Shown here in pieces: positions 19,270 to 29,747 of a stretch of 53,689 nucleotides of DNA (position 1 is the first letter of the stretch; every line of letters starts with the position of its first letter). A model generated the notes under the pieces. It was not told where the DNA came from. It saw only the letters and a program-made list of their open reading frames with translations, and did not search any database. The translations under genes and the position numbers were made by a program. The stretch comes from an uncultured archaeon (GTDB taxonomy: Archaea; Asgardarchaeota; Hermodarchaeia; Hermodarchaeales; Hermodarchaeaceae), in contig CAYFXC010000008.1 of the NCBI GenBank assembly GCA_964347045.1, positions 73,768 through 127,456 of the forward strand, given 5' to 3'.

Positions 19270-20013
19270 CTATGGTGATTTTGTAGCAAAAATCCAGAAT
19301 ATTGGAGTGTAGATGAAAGTAGGTAAAACCCATTCAATGCCTTTTTCTTGGAGCAATATTGCCTCAGATTGAATTTCGACCTCTATTCCTTTAGGATCAA
19401 ACATCCATGAAAGAACTCCGAATCGAACAAAACAAAAGTTTAGATTCGTTAATTCTCCTGGCAGTTGTCCGCCTGTATAGGGATCAGCACCTAGTCGCGT
19501 TAATGCTATGGCAATGGGAAAAGGGGGCTTAGCTTTGCCAAGGGTGCCACTTTCATAAATTTCAATTCTCCCCGAATAGTCGGGTTCTATACAGGCTAGT
19601 ATTCCTCTGGCTGATAGCGTTTTGTGAATTTCATTTAATGCTTGATTTCTATTCGGAATCCACATCAATGTGAAATGACTAAAAGCAAAGTCTCCAACAT
19701 TGGTTCGAAAAGGAAGTGCTGTTGCATCTGCGAATATGTAATGAAGTGCTTGACGGTTCGAATGTTTTGTAATAGCATATTGAAGCAGGCTTTGATCGAT
19801 GTCAAACCCAATGACTGTGCTGCAAGGTAGATTCTCGCTAATCTCAGGAGTGATTACTCCCGCGCCACACCCTATATCAAGGCAAATTGGTGCGTCTTTC
19901 AAACTCATTTGTTGGTAAAAGAACTGGCGAGTAGGGGCAGTCCGATGAGCTTGATTATAAAGAAATTTTGGTGTGTAGGGTTGCACGGGTTTGTGCCTCC
20001 CGGCATTCGTCAA
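19270..20013 (-). CDS. Class I SAM-dependent methyltransferase
   Basis: CLDIGCGAG, GFDID, ADATALPF, CIEPDY. Confidence 0.88.
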   Translation of the reverse strand: MTNAGRHKPVQPYTPKFLYNQAHRTAPTRQFFYQQMSLKDAPICLDIGCGAGVITPEISENLPCSTVIGFDIDQSLLQYAITKHSNRQALHYIFADATALPFRTNVGDFAFSHFTLMWIPNRNQALNEIHKTLSARGILACIEPDYSGRIEIYESGTLGKAKPPFPIAIALTRLGADPYTGGQLPGELTNLNFCFVRFGVLSWMFDPKGIEVEIQSEAILLQEKGIEWVLPTFIYTPIFWIFATKSP

Positions 20014-20035
20014 AGGTGGACTTTAGTTCTTATAG

Positions 20036-21364
20036 TTAACCACCAACTTTATGGGGGCAACACACTTCCTTGTATTCGGTAAAGAGGGGACATCCCCCGC
20101 CACAAGCTTTGAGCAGCTCACAAGATAGGCATTTGTCTGCAAGTTTTTTATGCCCTCGAAGGGCTTGCGCTGTGGGGTGATTCCATATGGTTTTCCATGT
20201 ATCAGTGAGAATATTCCCTAATGGTTCGAAGTAGCTTTGACAGGGAAGAACATCCCCATTGGGCTCAATTGCCAAGCTGGAATATGCAGCACTACAGCGC
20301 CGAGGACCTAGGCCGTATTCGGTTGGATCGAAATGACAATACATTGTGGGGCTATACCATATCAGGCGTATATCGTGTTCAGCTGCTTCCGCTAGGATAT
20401 CGGTAATAATTTCGTCAAGGTCTTGTTCTGGAATTGCTTGATCGTCTGCTACTTCTTTTCCACTTCCAGAGTAGATAAGACCGTTCATGGCGAACTGCTT
20501 TTGACCTAATTTCGCTAGAAATGCCACTGTTTCAGTAATCGTGGGTTGGTTAATTTGCGTTAATGTTGTGTTTGTGAGTGTATAGATATCGGTGGCAATG
20601 AAGCGTTTTAATCCAGCGAGGGTCTCTTCCCAAGCTCCTTTGACACCGACCATTTGGTCATGTATTTCTGGGATATGTGATTCAAAGGTTATTTGAACAT
20701 AATCTAAACCCGCGTTTACTAAATCATCAACCAATGCTTTTGTTAGGCGTCGTCCATTGGTGACTAAGCCAGCAATGATTCCGATGTCTTCAGCATATTG
20801 CACTAATTCGACTAGGTCATCTCTTAAGGTGGGCTCACCACCGGTAAATGTAACATGGGGGATAGCTTGATCTAAGAGCATGTCGAGGACCTTTTTCCAT
20901 TTCGGCGTCTCGATTTCACGAGTGGCATCCCAGCTACGGCGTTCGGGGGGAACATAACAGTGGGGACAAGTATTGTTACAGCGGTATGTTAGAGCTAAAT
21001 CTATTCTATAGGGGGCAGATGGTTCATGTGAGAAAGGTTCAACCTCCCCAAAATCAAACGTCTCAATTGGGGAAACATCTGGTTGTGCAATGAATGAGAG
21101 AATCTTATCCTTTAATTCGGCATAGTGGTTGCGAATTATATCTGGGTTCACTCCTCGGTATTTACATCGGAAAAGTTCAACTATCTCATCGTCGGATTTG
21201 CCTTCAACCGCAGCGATTGCATAGTCAAAACCACTTTCATTGAGAAAGAGAAGGCGGGAGGCATCAATTACGATGGTTCCACCCTTTGGGTCTTTTCGTA
21301 GGTGGAATCGGTGTCCTTCTAATTCGCCTTTTCCAAAGAGAATTTTGCTGCTTTCTATTTCCAT
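20036..21364 (-). CDS. Radical SAM/SPASM protein with N-terminal PqqD/RRE-like domain
   Basis: CNNTCPHC, FTGGEPT, TNG, SPASM CSAAY..IEPNGDVLPC..CLSCELLKACGGGC; N-terminal ~90 aa with an RRE-like strand/helix pattern; likely start ATG 21364 after GGAG. Confidence 0.9.
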   Translation of the reverse strand: MEIESSKILFGKGELEGHRFHLRKDPKGGTIVIDASRLLFLNESGFDYAIAAVEGKSDDEIVELFRCKYRGVNPDIIRNHYAELKDKILSFIAQPDVSPIETFDFGEVEPFSHEPSAPYRIDLALTYRCNNTCPHCYVPPERRSWDATREIETPKWKKVLDMLLDQAIPHVTFTGGEPTLRDDLVELVQYAEDIGIIAGLVTNGRRLTKALVDDLVNAGLDYVQITFESHIPEIHDQMVGVKGAWEETLAGLKRFIATDIYTLTNTTLTQINQPTITETVAFLAKLGQKQFAMNGLIYSGSGKEVADDQAIPEQDLDEIITDILAEAAEHDIRLIWYSPTMYCHFDPTEYGLGPRRCSAAYSSLAIEPNGDVLPCQSYFEPLGNILTDTWKTIWNHPTAQALRGHKKLADKCLSCELLKACGGGCPLFTEYKEVCCPHKVGG

Positions 21365-21517
21365 TATTATAACTCCTAGCAAGTGATGTGTGTTCTTCAT
21401 CAGACCATCAACAAAAGTCTATCGAACAGAAAATGCCTATCTTCAATTGAAAGGTTTTTGAGCAAAATTGTAGAGACGGAAGGCTTTTCGGGAATTACAC
21501 AGAACAAGGTATGACGG

Positions 21518-22126
21518 ATGTCGTTAATAATCATGTCAAAGATTGAAGAATTGGAACAATTAGCCCGAATTTCAAAGTTAGGACCGATTGCCCGACGCTA
21601 TTTTGCTATGAATGCCTTTGATGGAACCCTTACAATATTGGGAATCATACTGGCTTCTCATTTTGCGATGCATTTTGATGCACGAGCGATTCTTGTGGCG
21701 GGAATTGGTGCGTGCTTGGCAATGATGTTTTCTGGTCTCGCTGGTACCTATCTTGCTGAAAAGGCTGAACGTGAACGTGAGCTTCGCGAAATGGAGCAAG
21801 CAATGCTTCGCAAGCTCGATCAGACACTTTACAAACAGGCTACACGATTTGCTATAATTATATCATCTGTTGTCGATGGGTTTGCCCCCTTTATGGCAGG
21901 CCTTATACTGTTAGCACCATTTTTCATGGTATTACTCAATCCTACCCTATGGTACACGGCATTAATAATTTCAGTTGCAACTGGGTTTTTTCTGCTGTTT
22001 CTATTAGGCATCTTTTTAGGTCGAGTTTCGGAACAGAATCAATGGCTCTATGGTTTACAGACTTTGGCCGCAGGTCTAGGAACTGCTTTAGCGATTATCC
22101 TTCTGGAGATGTTCCTTACTATCTAA
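21518..22126 (+). CDS. VIT1/CCC1 family Fe/Mn transporter-like membrane protein
   Basis: RRYFAMNAFDGTLT, GTYLAEKAER, about 5 TM helices. Confidence 0.85.
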   Translation: MSLIIMSKIEELEQLARISKLGPIARRYFAMNAFDGTLTILGIILASHFAMHFDARAILVAGIGACLAMMFSGLAGTYLAEKAERERELREMEQAMLRKLDQTLYKQATRFAIIISSVVDGFAPFMAGLILLAPFFMVLLNPTLWYTALIISVATGFFLLFLLGIFLGRVSEQNQWLYGLQTLAAGLGTALAIILLEMFLTI

Positions 22127-22134
22127 TGCGGAGT

Positions 22135-22938
22135 TCAGATCGAAATCGGAAGTGTTAATGCACCACGTTCTCTGAGAAATTTATGAAGTTGTTTTAAATG
22201 AGGTATAGCTTTTTTAAAATCCTGAAGGGTATGGCTATCTGAGCCAACAAAAAATTGAGCACCGGTTTCCACTAATTCATCAATAAGAGATTGCGAGGGA
22301 TGCATCTGGTTCCAAGGATGATTTAGTCCACTCAGATTGACTTCGATTAGTACCCCAGACTTTTGACATAGTTTTCCAAGCTCAAGTGTTCGATTTTGCC
22401 AAAGGTTCAGAAGTTCTTCACTACTTGAATATAATGGGATAAGTCGCATTACTCCATCGATATGTGCAATTCCGTCGAATAATCCTGATCGAATTGCGCC
22501 TTCAACTTCATCAAAATACCGGCTAATGATTGATTGTAACCCAATCCGGGTTATCAGGAGATCCAATTCTTCTTGGGTTGTGACAGCTAAACCATCGATT
22601 GTATGAACCGTCCCAATGAAATAATCAAAGTCTTTCCGATAATTATCGCAGAATTCAGCAACAGAAAAGGATTGATCTGAATAGTAATCCACTTCCAATC
22701 CCAGAGAAATGTGGAGATTTTTGTTTCGGGCGAGTTTAAAAGATTTAAAGAGATTAGGCAGGCAATCATAGTTGAGGTAATCTTTGCGATTTAGAAAAGC
22801 AAGCTCAAAGTGATCCAAGAACCCAAGATGGATAGAATGCTGTTGGGCTAACTCAGAATAGGCTTCAAGGGGCGTAGAACAATCTGGACTGAACTCTGTA
22901 TGAATATGCAAATCATAGATAGATTGTTGCGTTGACAT
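22135..22938 (-). CDS. PHP-family phosphatase (histidinol-phosphatase-like)
   Basis: DLHIHT, LDH, GLEVD, GTVH, IAHID, EVN, GSDSH; likely start ATG 22938. Confidence 0.87.
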   Translation of the reverse strand: MSTQQSIYDLHIHTEFSPDCSTPLEAYSELAQQHSIHLGFLDHFELAFLNRKDYLNYDCLPNLFKSFKLARNKNLHISLGLEVDYYSDQSFSVAEFCDNYRKDFDYFIGTVHTIDGLAVTTQEELDLLITRIGLQSIISRYFDEVEGAIRSGLFDGIAHIDGVMRLIPLYSSSEELLNLWQNRTLELGKLCQKSGVLIEVNLSGLNHPWNQMHPSQSLIDELVETGAQFFVGSDSHTLQDFKKAIPHLKQLHKFLRERGALTLPISI

Positions 22939-22982
22939 GGATAAAGCTGCACCTAGAGGTTTATTTGCGGGAATGCCCCGTT

Positions 22983-23723
22983 TCATTCCTTGATAATATA
23001 GTTGTAGTCTTTTCGTTCATAAGTATGGATTTTTTCATTGAATGGTAAACCGCGATTCTTTACAATTTGAATTTGGCGGACTGGAGTTTCTCCGAGAGAA
23101 GCAGGCAAGGAGGTAAACCGGAGAATACTATCACTCAAGCGTTCAATGCTTTCAGCGAATTGTGGGGTATGCATTTCTGGATAAAAGGAGGCGATAACAG
23201 TTAGTTTTCGATGTTGAATAAAAGGTACAAGAGCTAACCAAAATTGCCAAGCCGCCCGATCAGACTCCATTGAATGCAAAAGCACACTAAGTGAATCGAC
23301 ATACAGTCGGGCAAGATCAAAACGTTTCACCGTTGCACGTAGTTCTTCATAGAATTTTGCTGTATAACGAATGTTGGAGCAACGAATCACTCCCTCTTTC
23401 GGAGGATCGGAGGGTTCCCCGAATGCAAGTGATGACAGTCCATCCATTAAAAGCAATTGATTTGGTTTGGCATCAGTTACGAGGGCCTTCACAGGAGGAA
23501 GAAGATCATATTCTCCAACTGTGTGTTCTGAAAGGAGAATTATAGCACCTTCGTCAAGTTGCAACCCATTTCGAAGAAATGATACACCTAGGAGCCCAGA
23601 AACACCTCTTGATTCACCTTTAAGCTCCTCAATAAGACACGTGCTTCCTCGCCGCAATCCACCACCGAGAAGCTTGTTGATTGAATCCCATTCACATTTA
23701 ATCAATTCTTCATCATTTGCCAT
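22983..23723 (-). CDS. RecA/KaiC-like (RAD55 family) protein with degenerate Walker A, copy 2
   Basis: INKLLGGGLRRGSTCLIE, Walker B LYVDSLS, IERLSDSIL, IVKNRG; no GKT/S. Confidence 0.8.
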   Translation of the reverse strand: MANDEELIKCEWDSINKLLGGGLRRGSTCLIEELKGESRGVSGLLGVSFLRNGLQLDEGAIILLSEHTVGEYDLLPPVKALVTDAKPNQLLLMDGLSSLAFGEPSDPPKEGVIRCSNIRYTAKFYEELRATVKRFDLARLYVDSLSVLLHSMESDRAAWQFWLALVPFIQHRKLTVIASFYPEMHTPQFAESIERLSDSILRFTSLPASLGETPVRQIQIVKNRGLPFNEKIHTYERKDYNYIIKE

Positions 23724-23919
23724 AATGAGAAAGATCCTCCTCGAGTTCTCTGCTTAAATCGGCAGCTAAGAAGTTTTTAACAGTTTCCTAATGAAGGACC
23801 CCTCTCACTTGAAGTTGGTAACCTATAATGAGAGAATAGAAAAGGTAAAGTTTGACAAGCCTTTGATGGCTTCTTCTGCAGACATACAGCTCAATTAAAC
23901 GTTTTCTGACTGTTGATGA

Positions 23920-24666
23920 CTAATACATGATTTTAAATTCGAACTTCTCTAACGCATAAGTGAGTTTTCGGTCATCGAATGGCAAACCTCGATTTTTCAT
24001 GATCTGCATTACGTGTATAGATTTACCATCTGTAGTGAGTTCACTTGTGAATTGTATAAGAGTATCACAGATTCGCTCAATACTTTCGACAAAGGCTGGA
24101 GAATGCATTTCCGGATAAAAGGAAGCTACAACAGTGAGTTGACGGTGACGAATGAGAGGAAGAAGACTCAGCCAAAATCGCCACGCCACCTTATCGGATT
24201 CCATTGCATGCAATAGAACACTTAACGAATCGATAAACATGAGCGGATGTTTAAACCGACGAACTGTCGTTCGCCATTCTTCAAAAAATTTTGCAGCATA
24301 ACGAACATTAGAACACCGGATAACGCCCTCTTCATTATCGGTAGGAATACGACCAGGTTCTCCATAGGTCATTGAAGTCAGGGCATCCATGAATATGAAC
24401 TGGTCCGGTTTAGCCTTAGACAAAATACGATGCGTTCCGGGCAGGTCTTGAAACTCTTTGACGGTATGTTCTGATAACAGTAATATTCCACCATTACCGC
24501 GCTCAACACCTACGGAAAGGAAATCCATTCCAATAATGCCAGTCAATCCACTGGATTCACCATGTAATTCTTCAAGTAAGCAGGTAGTTCCTCGTCGTAG
24601 CCCCCCACCTAAAACCGCATCAATGGCTGGCACTCCAATGGATATTACATTCTCTTGATTGGGCAT
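23920..24666 (-). CDS. RecA/KaiC-like (RAD55 family) protein with degenerate Walker A, copy 1
   Basis: SIGVPAIDAVLGGGLRRGTTCLLE, MFIDSLS, IERICDTLI, IMKNRG; no GKT/S; likely start ATG 24666. Confidence 0.8.
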   Translation of the reverse strand: MPNQENVISIGVPAIDAVLGGGLRRGTTCLLEELHGESSGLTGIIGMDFLSVGVERGNGGILLLSEHTVKEFQDLPGTHRILSKAKPDQFIFMDALTSMTYGEPGRIPTDNEEGVIRCSNVRYAAKFFEEWRTTVRRFKHPLMFIDSLSVLLHAMESDKVAWRFWLSLLPLIRHRQLTVVASFYPEMHSPAFVESIERICDTLIQFTSELTTDGKSIHVMQIMKNRGLPFDDRKLTYALEKFEFKIMY

Positions 24667-24847
24667 GTCCGTTATCCACCAGTAGGTTTTGCCCATTCAA
24701 CTAATAGGCATCCTGTTAATAACGATTTTTCCTTCTACCAAAGAGGTCTCAAAATTGCAGAAAAGGAAAATCACCATTTTAATACATGGTTTTTCCGATA
24801 TCTCCAATGACACCAAGTCAGTGCTCAAGAAGATGCACAGGATTGGA

Positions 24848-25879
24848 CTAAGATAGACGTAATTTGGGTAGTGCCGTTTCTACTAATTTTACAAGATTCG
24901 ATAAGTCATCTAAGTGTATGATCTCCACAGTTGAATGGAGGTATCTTACAGCAACTGATAATGCCATCATTTGAGCTCCTGTCCCAGCACGTTGAATAGC
25001 GGCACCATCGGTTCCACCACCAGTAGCTCCAACTTGAAGGGGGATTTGATGCTTATTGGCGAAGGTTTCAAATTGCCGACGGATTTCAGGAGAGGCAATA
25101 GCGCGGTTATCTAATAAACGAAGGACTGGTCCAGCGCCTAGACGAACAGGGGCAAGATGGAAAGGAACATCGGGCGCATCACCCGTAGCAAATGAGTCAA
25201 TCGCGAGTACAATATTTGGAGAAAATCGATTTCCGATTACTGTTGCTCCGTGTAAACCGATTTCTTCTTGGACACTCCAAACGAAGGTTACTTTGCGATC
25301 AAGTTTTTGATTAGAGAGGCCTTCTAAGACTTTGAGGAGAACAGCACACCCAAATCGGTCATCGATAGCACGGCCACAGAGGTACTTTCCTTGAATAATA
25401 AAGGAGTCCTTCTGAAAGGTTATCGGATCAAGTAGCTTTACACCTAATTCTTCGGTTTCTTGGCGGCTTCTGGTACATAAATCAATGTGTAATTCCTGAA
25501 ATGGTACTACTTGTTTCATTTGAGAGCGTTCAATCATCAGGTGCGGAGGAACCATTCCAATAACCCCACGGACCGGACCTGATTGAGTGTGGACAATGAC
25601 AGGACGACTAGGAAGAAGGCGATCATCGATGCCTCCGATTTTTCGAAAGCGGAGGCCCCCGTTGTCTTCGATGTGAGTGACTACAAATCCAAGTTCATCC
25701 ATATGGGCAACCAATAAGATATGAGGCGAACCTTTCCCCATTGATCCATAGAGATTGCCTAATGAGTCCGTTTCTAAAGTTAACATGTCACCGACGCTTT
25801 CTCGGATTACCTCACGAATTGGGGCTTCAAATCCTGATACCCCAGAGGCCGCGAGTAACCATTGTAATAATTTTAACAT
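24848..25879 (-). CDS. M42 family (TET) aminopeptidase
   Basis: GVSGFE, AHMDE, RAIDDR, VQEEIG, GGTDG, YLHS; likely start ATG 25879. Confidence 0.93.
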   Translation of the reverse strand: MLKLLQWLLAASGVSGFEAPIREVIRESVGDMLTLETDSLGNLYGSMGKGSPHILLVAHMDELGFVVTHIEDNGGLRFRKIGGIDDRLLPSRPVIVHTQSGPVRGVIGMVPPHLMIERSQMKQVVPFQELHIDLCTRSRQETEELGVKLLDPITFQKDSFIIQGKYLCGRAIDDRFGCAVLLKVLEGLSNQKLDRKVTFVWSVQEEIGLHGATVIGNRFSPNIVLAIDSFATGDAPDVPFHLAPVRLGAGPVLRLLDNRAIASPEIRRQFETFANKHQIPLQVGATGGGTDGAAIQRAGTGAQMMALSVAVRYLHSTVEIIHLDDLSNLVKLVETALPKLRLS

Positions 25880-26061
25880 GCTATCGAATCCTATCAAGAA
25901 GATGTATTGCATTGCCTTTCAGAGTTATTTCAGCCTTTGGCTTATCATTGGTTTGAGCAATACGTGCATTACCGGAAAAAGCGATGGTTCTAAAAGTAAG
26001 TATCATCTGTAGGACGAAGTACCTGAAACCGTTTGAATCCTAAATGAGGGGTTTGAGCTGA

Positions 26062-27852
26062 ATGTCTGATGTGAAATATAAGAGTGCTACTCGTTACCAG
26101 TTAGCCGCATTACGGCACTATCCTGGTGTCACCGTGGTAGCGATAGCTCTTGCACTCTTTGCGTCATACCTCCTAACCCTTCCCGCCATCATAATAGGTA
26201 ATGCCATCAACATCCTTGAATACGATGGATTCACTCTGACCTTCATCGCGCAAGTTTGGCTAATCCTCGGCGTCGCCGCAGCCCTGTTTGCTACTATTCT
26301 CCTGACAGGCTATGCTTTTGCAATTATAACTCTTCGATGGGAACGGGATGCGCGCCAAGAATTCTTCGAGTTAGTCCAGGATAATAGTATGACTTTCCAT
26401 GATCAGGTTGATAGTAAACAATTACTAGCTGTAGCAATGCAAGATGTTCGGTGGGTCCGTTTCTCACTAAACCCTGCTCTTCGCAATATAATTTCAGCAA
26501 TAGGTACCCTAATTATTGCTTCAATTTTTCTTGCTTTGATGGATATTTGGCTTGGACTTATTGTCGTAATAGGCGCCCCCCTCTACCTCTTCCTCGCGTA
26601 CCGGTATGCAGTGAAAGTTGAACCGGTTCGACGATCACGCGCTGAGCAGAATGAACGAATTACAGCAATCAGCCAAGAAGTGTTTCGTGGGATAGAAGTG
26701 GTTCGAGCCTTCGGATCAGAAGACCGAGAACAAGAGAAATTTAACGAGGCGGCAGGTGTTTATGAACAACTTACAGCCCGTGAAGGAAAACTTGGGGCTT
26801 TTTATCTTCCAACTCTGATTTTAATTGCGATTACAACACTCGCCTTCGTTTATGGGGCATATCTAGTCATAATAGGAACTTGGACAGTCGGTATGCTGGT
26901 CACCGCTCTTGGATTATTTGCAGCTATAGAAGGATTTAGTTTCATGCTTCCACGATTCTTACTCGTTATCCGAGGTGGCTACATCAACGCTCAACGTATT
27001 ATCAATGTATTGAATTGGAAAGATCCGCTTCAAGAACCCGATCCAGCAGTAACCGATATCGAATGGGCTAGAGATATCGTCCTTGATAATGTAAGTTTTT
27101 GGTACACCAGCGATAACGGACACAATAATTCTTACGCCTTGAAGAATATCAATCTCACAATTCCAGGCGGCTCACGAGTAGCCCTAATAGGAGGACCTGG
27201 AGGCGGAAAAAGCACCATATTGAAGCTTCTTTTACGACTCTATGACCCCACAAAAGGCCGTGTTTTAGTTGGAGGCATTGATCTCCATGATGTACATACC
27301 CGAGACGTACGAGCAGCAGTAGGACTTGTTGAGCAAGATATTTTCCTTTTCCGTATGAGTGTTCAAGACAACATTGGTTTCGGGTGTGTTGATGCTGGCG
27401 ATGAAGAAATTATTGAAGCCGCAAAGAAAGCACAGGCACATGAGTTTATCATGAAATTACCAGAAGGCTATGATACTGTTATCGGTGAGCGGGGGATGAC
27501 ACTGAGTGGAGGGCAACGGCAACGCCTTGCCATTGCACGAACACTGGTGCAAGACCCCAAGATTCTATTGTTAGACGATTCGGTAAGTGCGATTGATGCA
27601 CAAACCGAGTTTTCGCTGCGAAAAGCCCTTGATGAAGTGATGAAAAATCGAACTAGCATTACTGTTACCCAACGTCTTCGAACGCTTCTGGAATCTGATT
27701 TGATTGTTATAGTTGATAAGGGTGAAATTGTTGCAACGGGCACCCATGATGAGTTAATTCAGACATCTGAGCATTATCGACGTATTTTTGCACGGTTACC
27801 TGGCGCTTTACCCTATGTTCAGAACATGACTAAAAGGGAGGAGAGCAACTAA
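26062..27852 (+). CDS. ABC exporter TMD-NBD subunit (degenerate catalytic site)
   Basis: N-terminal TMD, GGPGGGKS, LSGGQ, Walker B LLLDD, switch VTQR. Confidence 0.92.
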   Translation: MSDVKYKSATRYQLAALRHYPGVTVVAIALALFASYLLTLPAIIIGNAINILEYDGFTLTFIAQVWLILGVAAALFATILLTGYAFAIITLRWERDARQEFFELVQDNSMTFHDQVDSKQLLAVAMQDVRWVRFSLNPALRNIISAIGTLIIASIFLALMDIWLGLIVVIGAPLYLFLAYRYAVKVEPVRRSRAEQNERITAISQEVFRGIEVVRAFGSEDREQEKFNEAAGVYEQLTAREGKLGAFYLPTLILIAITTLAFVYGAYLVIIGTWTVGMLVTALGLFAAIEGFSFMLPRFLLVIRGGYINAQRIINVLNWKDPLQEPDPAVTDIEWARDIVLDNVSFWYTSDNGHNNSYALKNINLTIPGGSRVALIGGPGGGKSTILKLLLRLYDPTKGRVLVGGIDLHDVHTRDVRAAVGLVEQDIFLFRMSVQDNIGFGCVDAGDEEIIEAAKKAQAHEFIMKLPEGYDTVIGERGMTLSGGQRQRLAIARTLVQDPKILLLDDSVSAIDAQTEFSLRKALDEVMKNRTSITVTQRLRTLLESDLIVIVDKGEIVATGTHDELIQTSEHYRRIFARLPGALPYVQNMTKREESN

Positions 27853-29747
27853 TGGCAATACGTCGTGGACCAACTGCATTAGCAGGTGAACGGCACAAAC
27901 GCAGCCGTTCGCTCCGGGTTCTCCTCGGTGCCATGTTCGGATATCTTGGTCGATTTAGGAAGCTCATCGTGATTGCCGCAGCATTTTCTGTCATAGCAAC
28001 GATCGTTCGTGCCATCGATCCAGTGTTTCTTGCTAATGGGATCAACCTTGTATTAGTGCCAGCAGCGCAGATAAGTGCCGTAATGTATTTGGGAATAATC
28101 TATGTGATACTAAGGGTAGTGGGTTGGTTACTGAGTTCACTTTATACATGGATTCTCGCAGGCGCTCAAGCAGGCTTTGTCCGTTCTCTCCAACAAGATG
28201 TATACAAAAAACTTGTTTCCGCAGATTTATCCTACCACCGGGCTAAACAAAGCGGTGACATCACTTCTCGAGTCACAACTGACACGGATAACCTTGCTGC
28301 CGGCATTCAGATAGTTATTGACTTTTCAAGCCAGCTCCTTCTCCTAATTGCAACGTTTATCCTTATGTGGATAGTATCTCCGCTCGTAGCCCTAACATCG
28401 CTGGTGGTTGTTCCCGTGGTCATCATCATTGTTGTGCTTTTCGGGACAGTTGGACAGCGAACCATGTTAGCCTCCCAACGCGCAACAGGTTTTGTCTCTG
28501 GTCAAATTGCTGAAAACCTGAGCGGTATACATATTGCTAAAGCCTTCAATCGAGAAGATGAAACGGCCAGCCTCCTAAATGATCTTAATCAAGAATCGTA
28601 TCGCCATGGATTCCGATTCATGATGCTAATGACGCTATTACAACCTCTTGTCCGCGCTACCGGTATAGCAGCTGTAGCCGCCATATTGTTTGTTGCCGGA
28701 AGCCTTGCCGTTGGAAGTGCACCACTTCTTACGTTGGGAGAGGTATTTCTCGGAGTGATTCTCGTTCAACGCTTCTTATGGCCGTTACTAATTCTAAGCA
28801 TGATGGCCACCCAATTCCAAGCATCCTTAGCATCCATGGATCGCCTCATGGATATCCTAGAAGCAGAGCCCGCAATCCAAGATACTGACACAGCTGTGTC
28901 ACTAAAGACCGAGAGCGATGGTATTGTCTTTGATAATGTCACCTTCAGCTATATTGAAGGTGCCGAAGTGTTAGAAGATGTTAGTTTCACAGTACATCCA
29001 GGGGAGCTTGTGGCCATTGTAGGTCACACAGGAGCAGGCAAAACCACTATTGCAGCACTCATAAACCGGTTTTATGATCCGCAAAGTGGCAGCATCCGAA
29101 TTGGTAATCAAGATATCCGTACAATAACTCTAGAATCACTCCATGAAAATGTCGCTTTGATTGCCCAGGAGCCCTATCTATTTGATGACACCGTCATGGA
29201 AAACATCCGATATGGCCGACCTGATGCGACTGATGAGGAGATCCTTAACCTTTCAAAATTAATCGGAGCACATGATTTCATCGAAGTGCTCCCTCAGGGT
29301 TATAGTACGATGCTTGCCGAGGGAGGTAAGAATTTGAGTGCCGGACAAGTTCAAATGATTTCCATTGCACGCACAATGTTAGCAGATCCTAAGATACTAA
29401 TTCTTGATGAAGCAACCAGCCGGTTGGATGCTTATTCTGAATCTTTGGTGCAGGCAGCCCAAGAACAGTTGTTCTCCAAGCGAACCACGGTGGTTATCGC
29501 CCACCGATTGACAACTATTGCCAACGCATCGCGATTGCTCGTGTTCGAACATGGTAAGCTCATTGAACAGGGCACCCATGAGGAATTGTTAGCATTAGGA
29601 GGCCACTACAAAGCCCTCTATGACACTTATTACGCCCATCAAACAGCAGAGGAAATCTCCGAGGAGACCCTCAAGGTTGCCCAAGAAGAATTAGCAAAAG
29701 AAGAACCCCAACTAAAACGCAATCCTGAACCTGATATGAAGAAGTAG
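27852..29747 (+). CDS. ABC exporter TMD-NBD subunit (consensus site); heterodimer partner
   Basis: TMD, GHTGAGKT, LSAGQ, ILDEATS, IAHR; TAATG overlap with the upstream gene. Confidence 0.92.
   Translation: MAIRRGPTALAGERHKRSRSLRVLLGAMFGYLGRFRKLIVIAAAFSVIATIVRAIDPVFLANGINLVLVPAAQISAVMYLGIIYVILRVVGWLLSSLYTWILAGAQAGFVRSLQQDVYKKLVSADLSYHRAKQSGDITSRVTTDTDNLAAGIQIVIDFSSQLLLLIATFILMWIVSPLVALTSLVVVPVVIIIVVLFGTVGQRTMLASQRATGFVSGQIAENLSGIHIAKAFNREDETASLLNDLNQESYRHGFRFMMLMTLLQPLVRATGIAAVAAILFVAGSLAVGSAPLLTLGEVFLGVILVQRFLWPLLILSMMATQFQASLASMDRLMDILEAEPAIQDTDTAVSLKTESDGIVFDNVTFSYIEGAEVLEDVSFTVHPGELVAIVGHTGAGKTTIAALINRFYDPQSGSIRIGNQDIRTITLESLHENVALIAQEPYLFDDTVMENIRYGRPDATDEEILNLSKLIGAHDFIEVLPQGYSTMLAEGGKNLSAGQVQMISIARTMLADPKILILDEATSRLDAYSESLVQAAQEQLFSKRTTVVIAHRLTTIANASRLLVFEHGKLIEQGTHEELLALGGHYKALYDTYYAHQTAEEISEETLKVAQEELAKEEPQLKRNPEPDMKK

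Noticed and set aside
26062-29747. Degenerate Walker B (LDD) and switch (TQR) in the first ABC subunit
   Set aside because: This is the normal asymmetry of heterodimeric exporters of the TM287/288 and TmrAB type, not a sign of inactivation.
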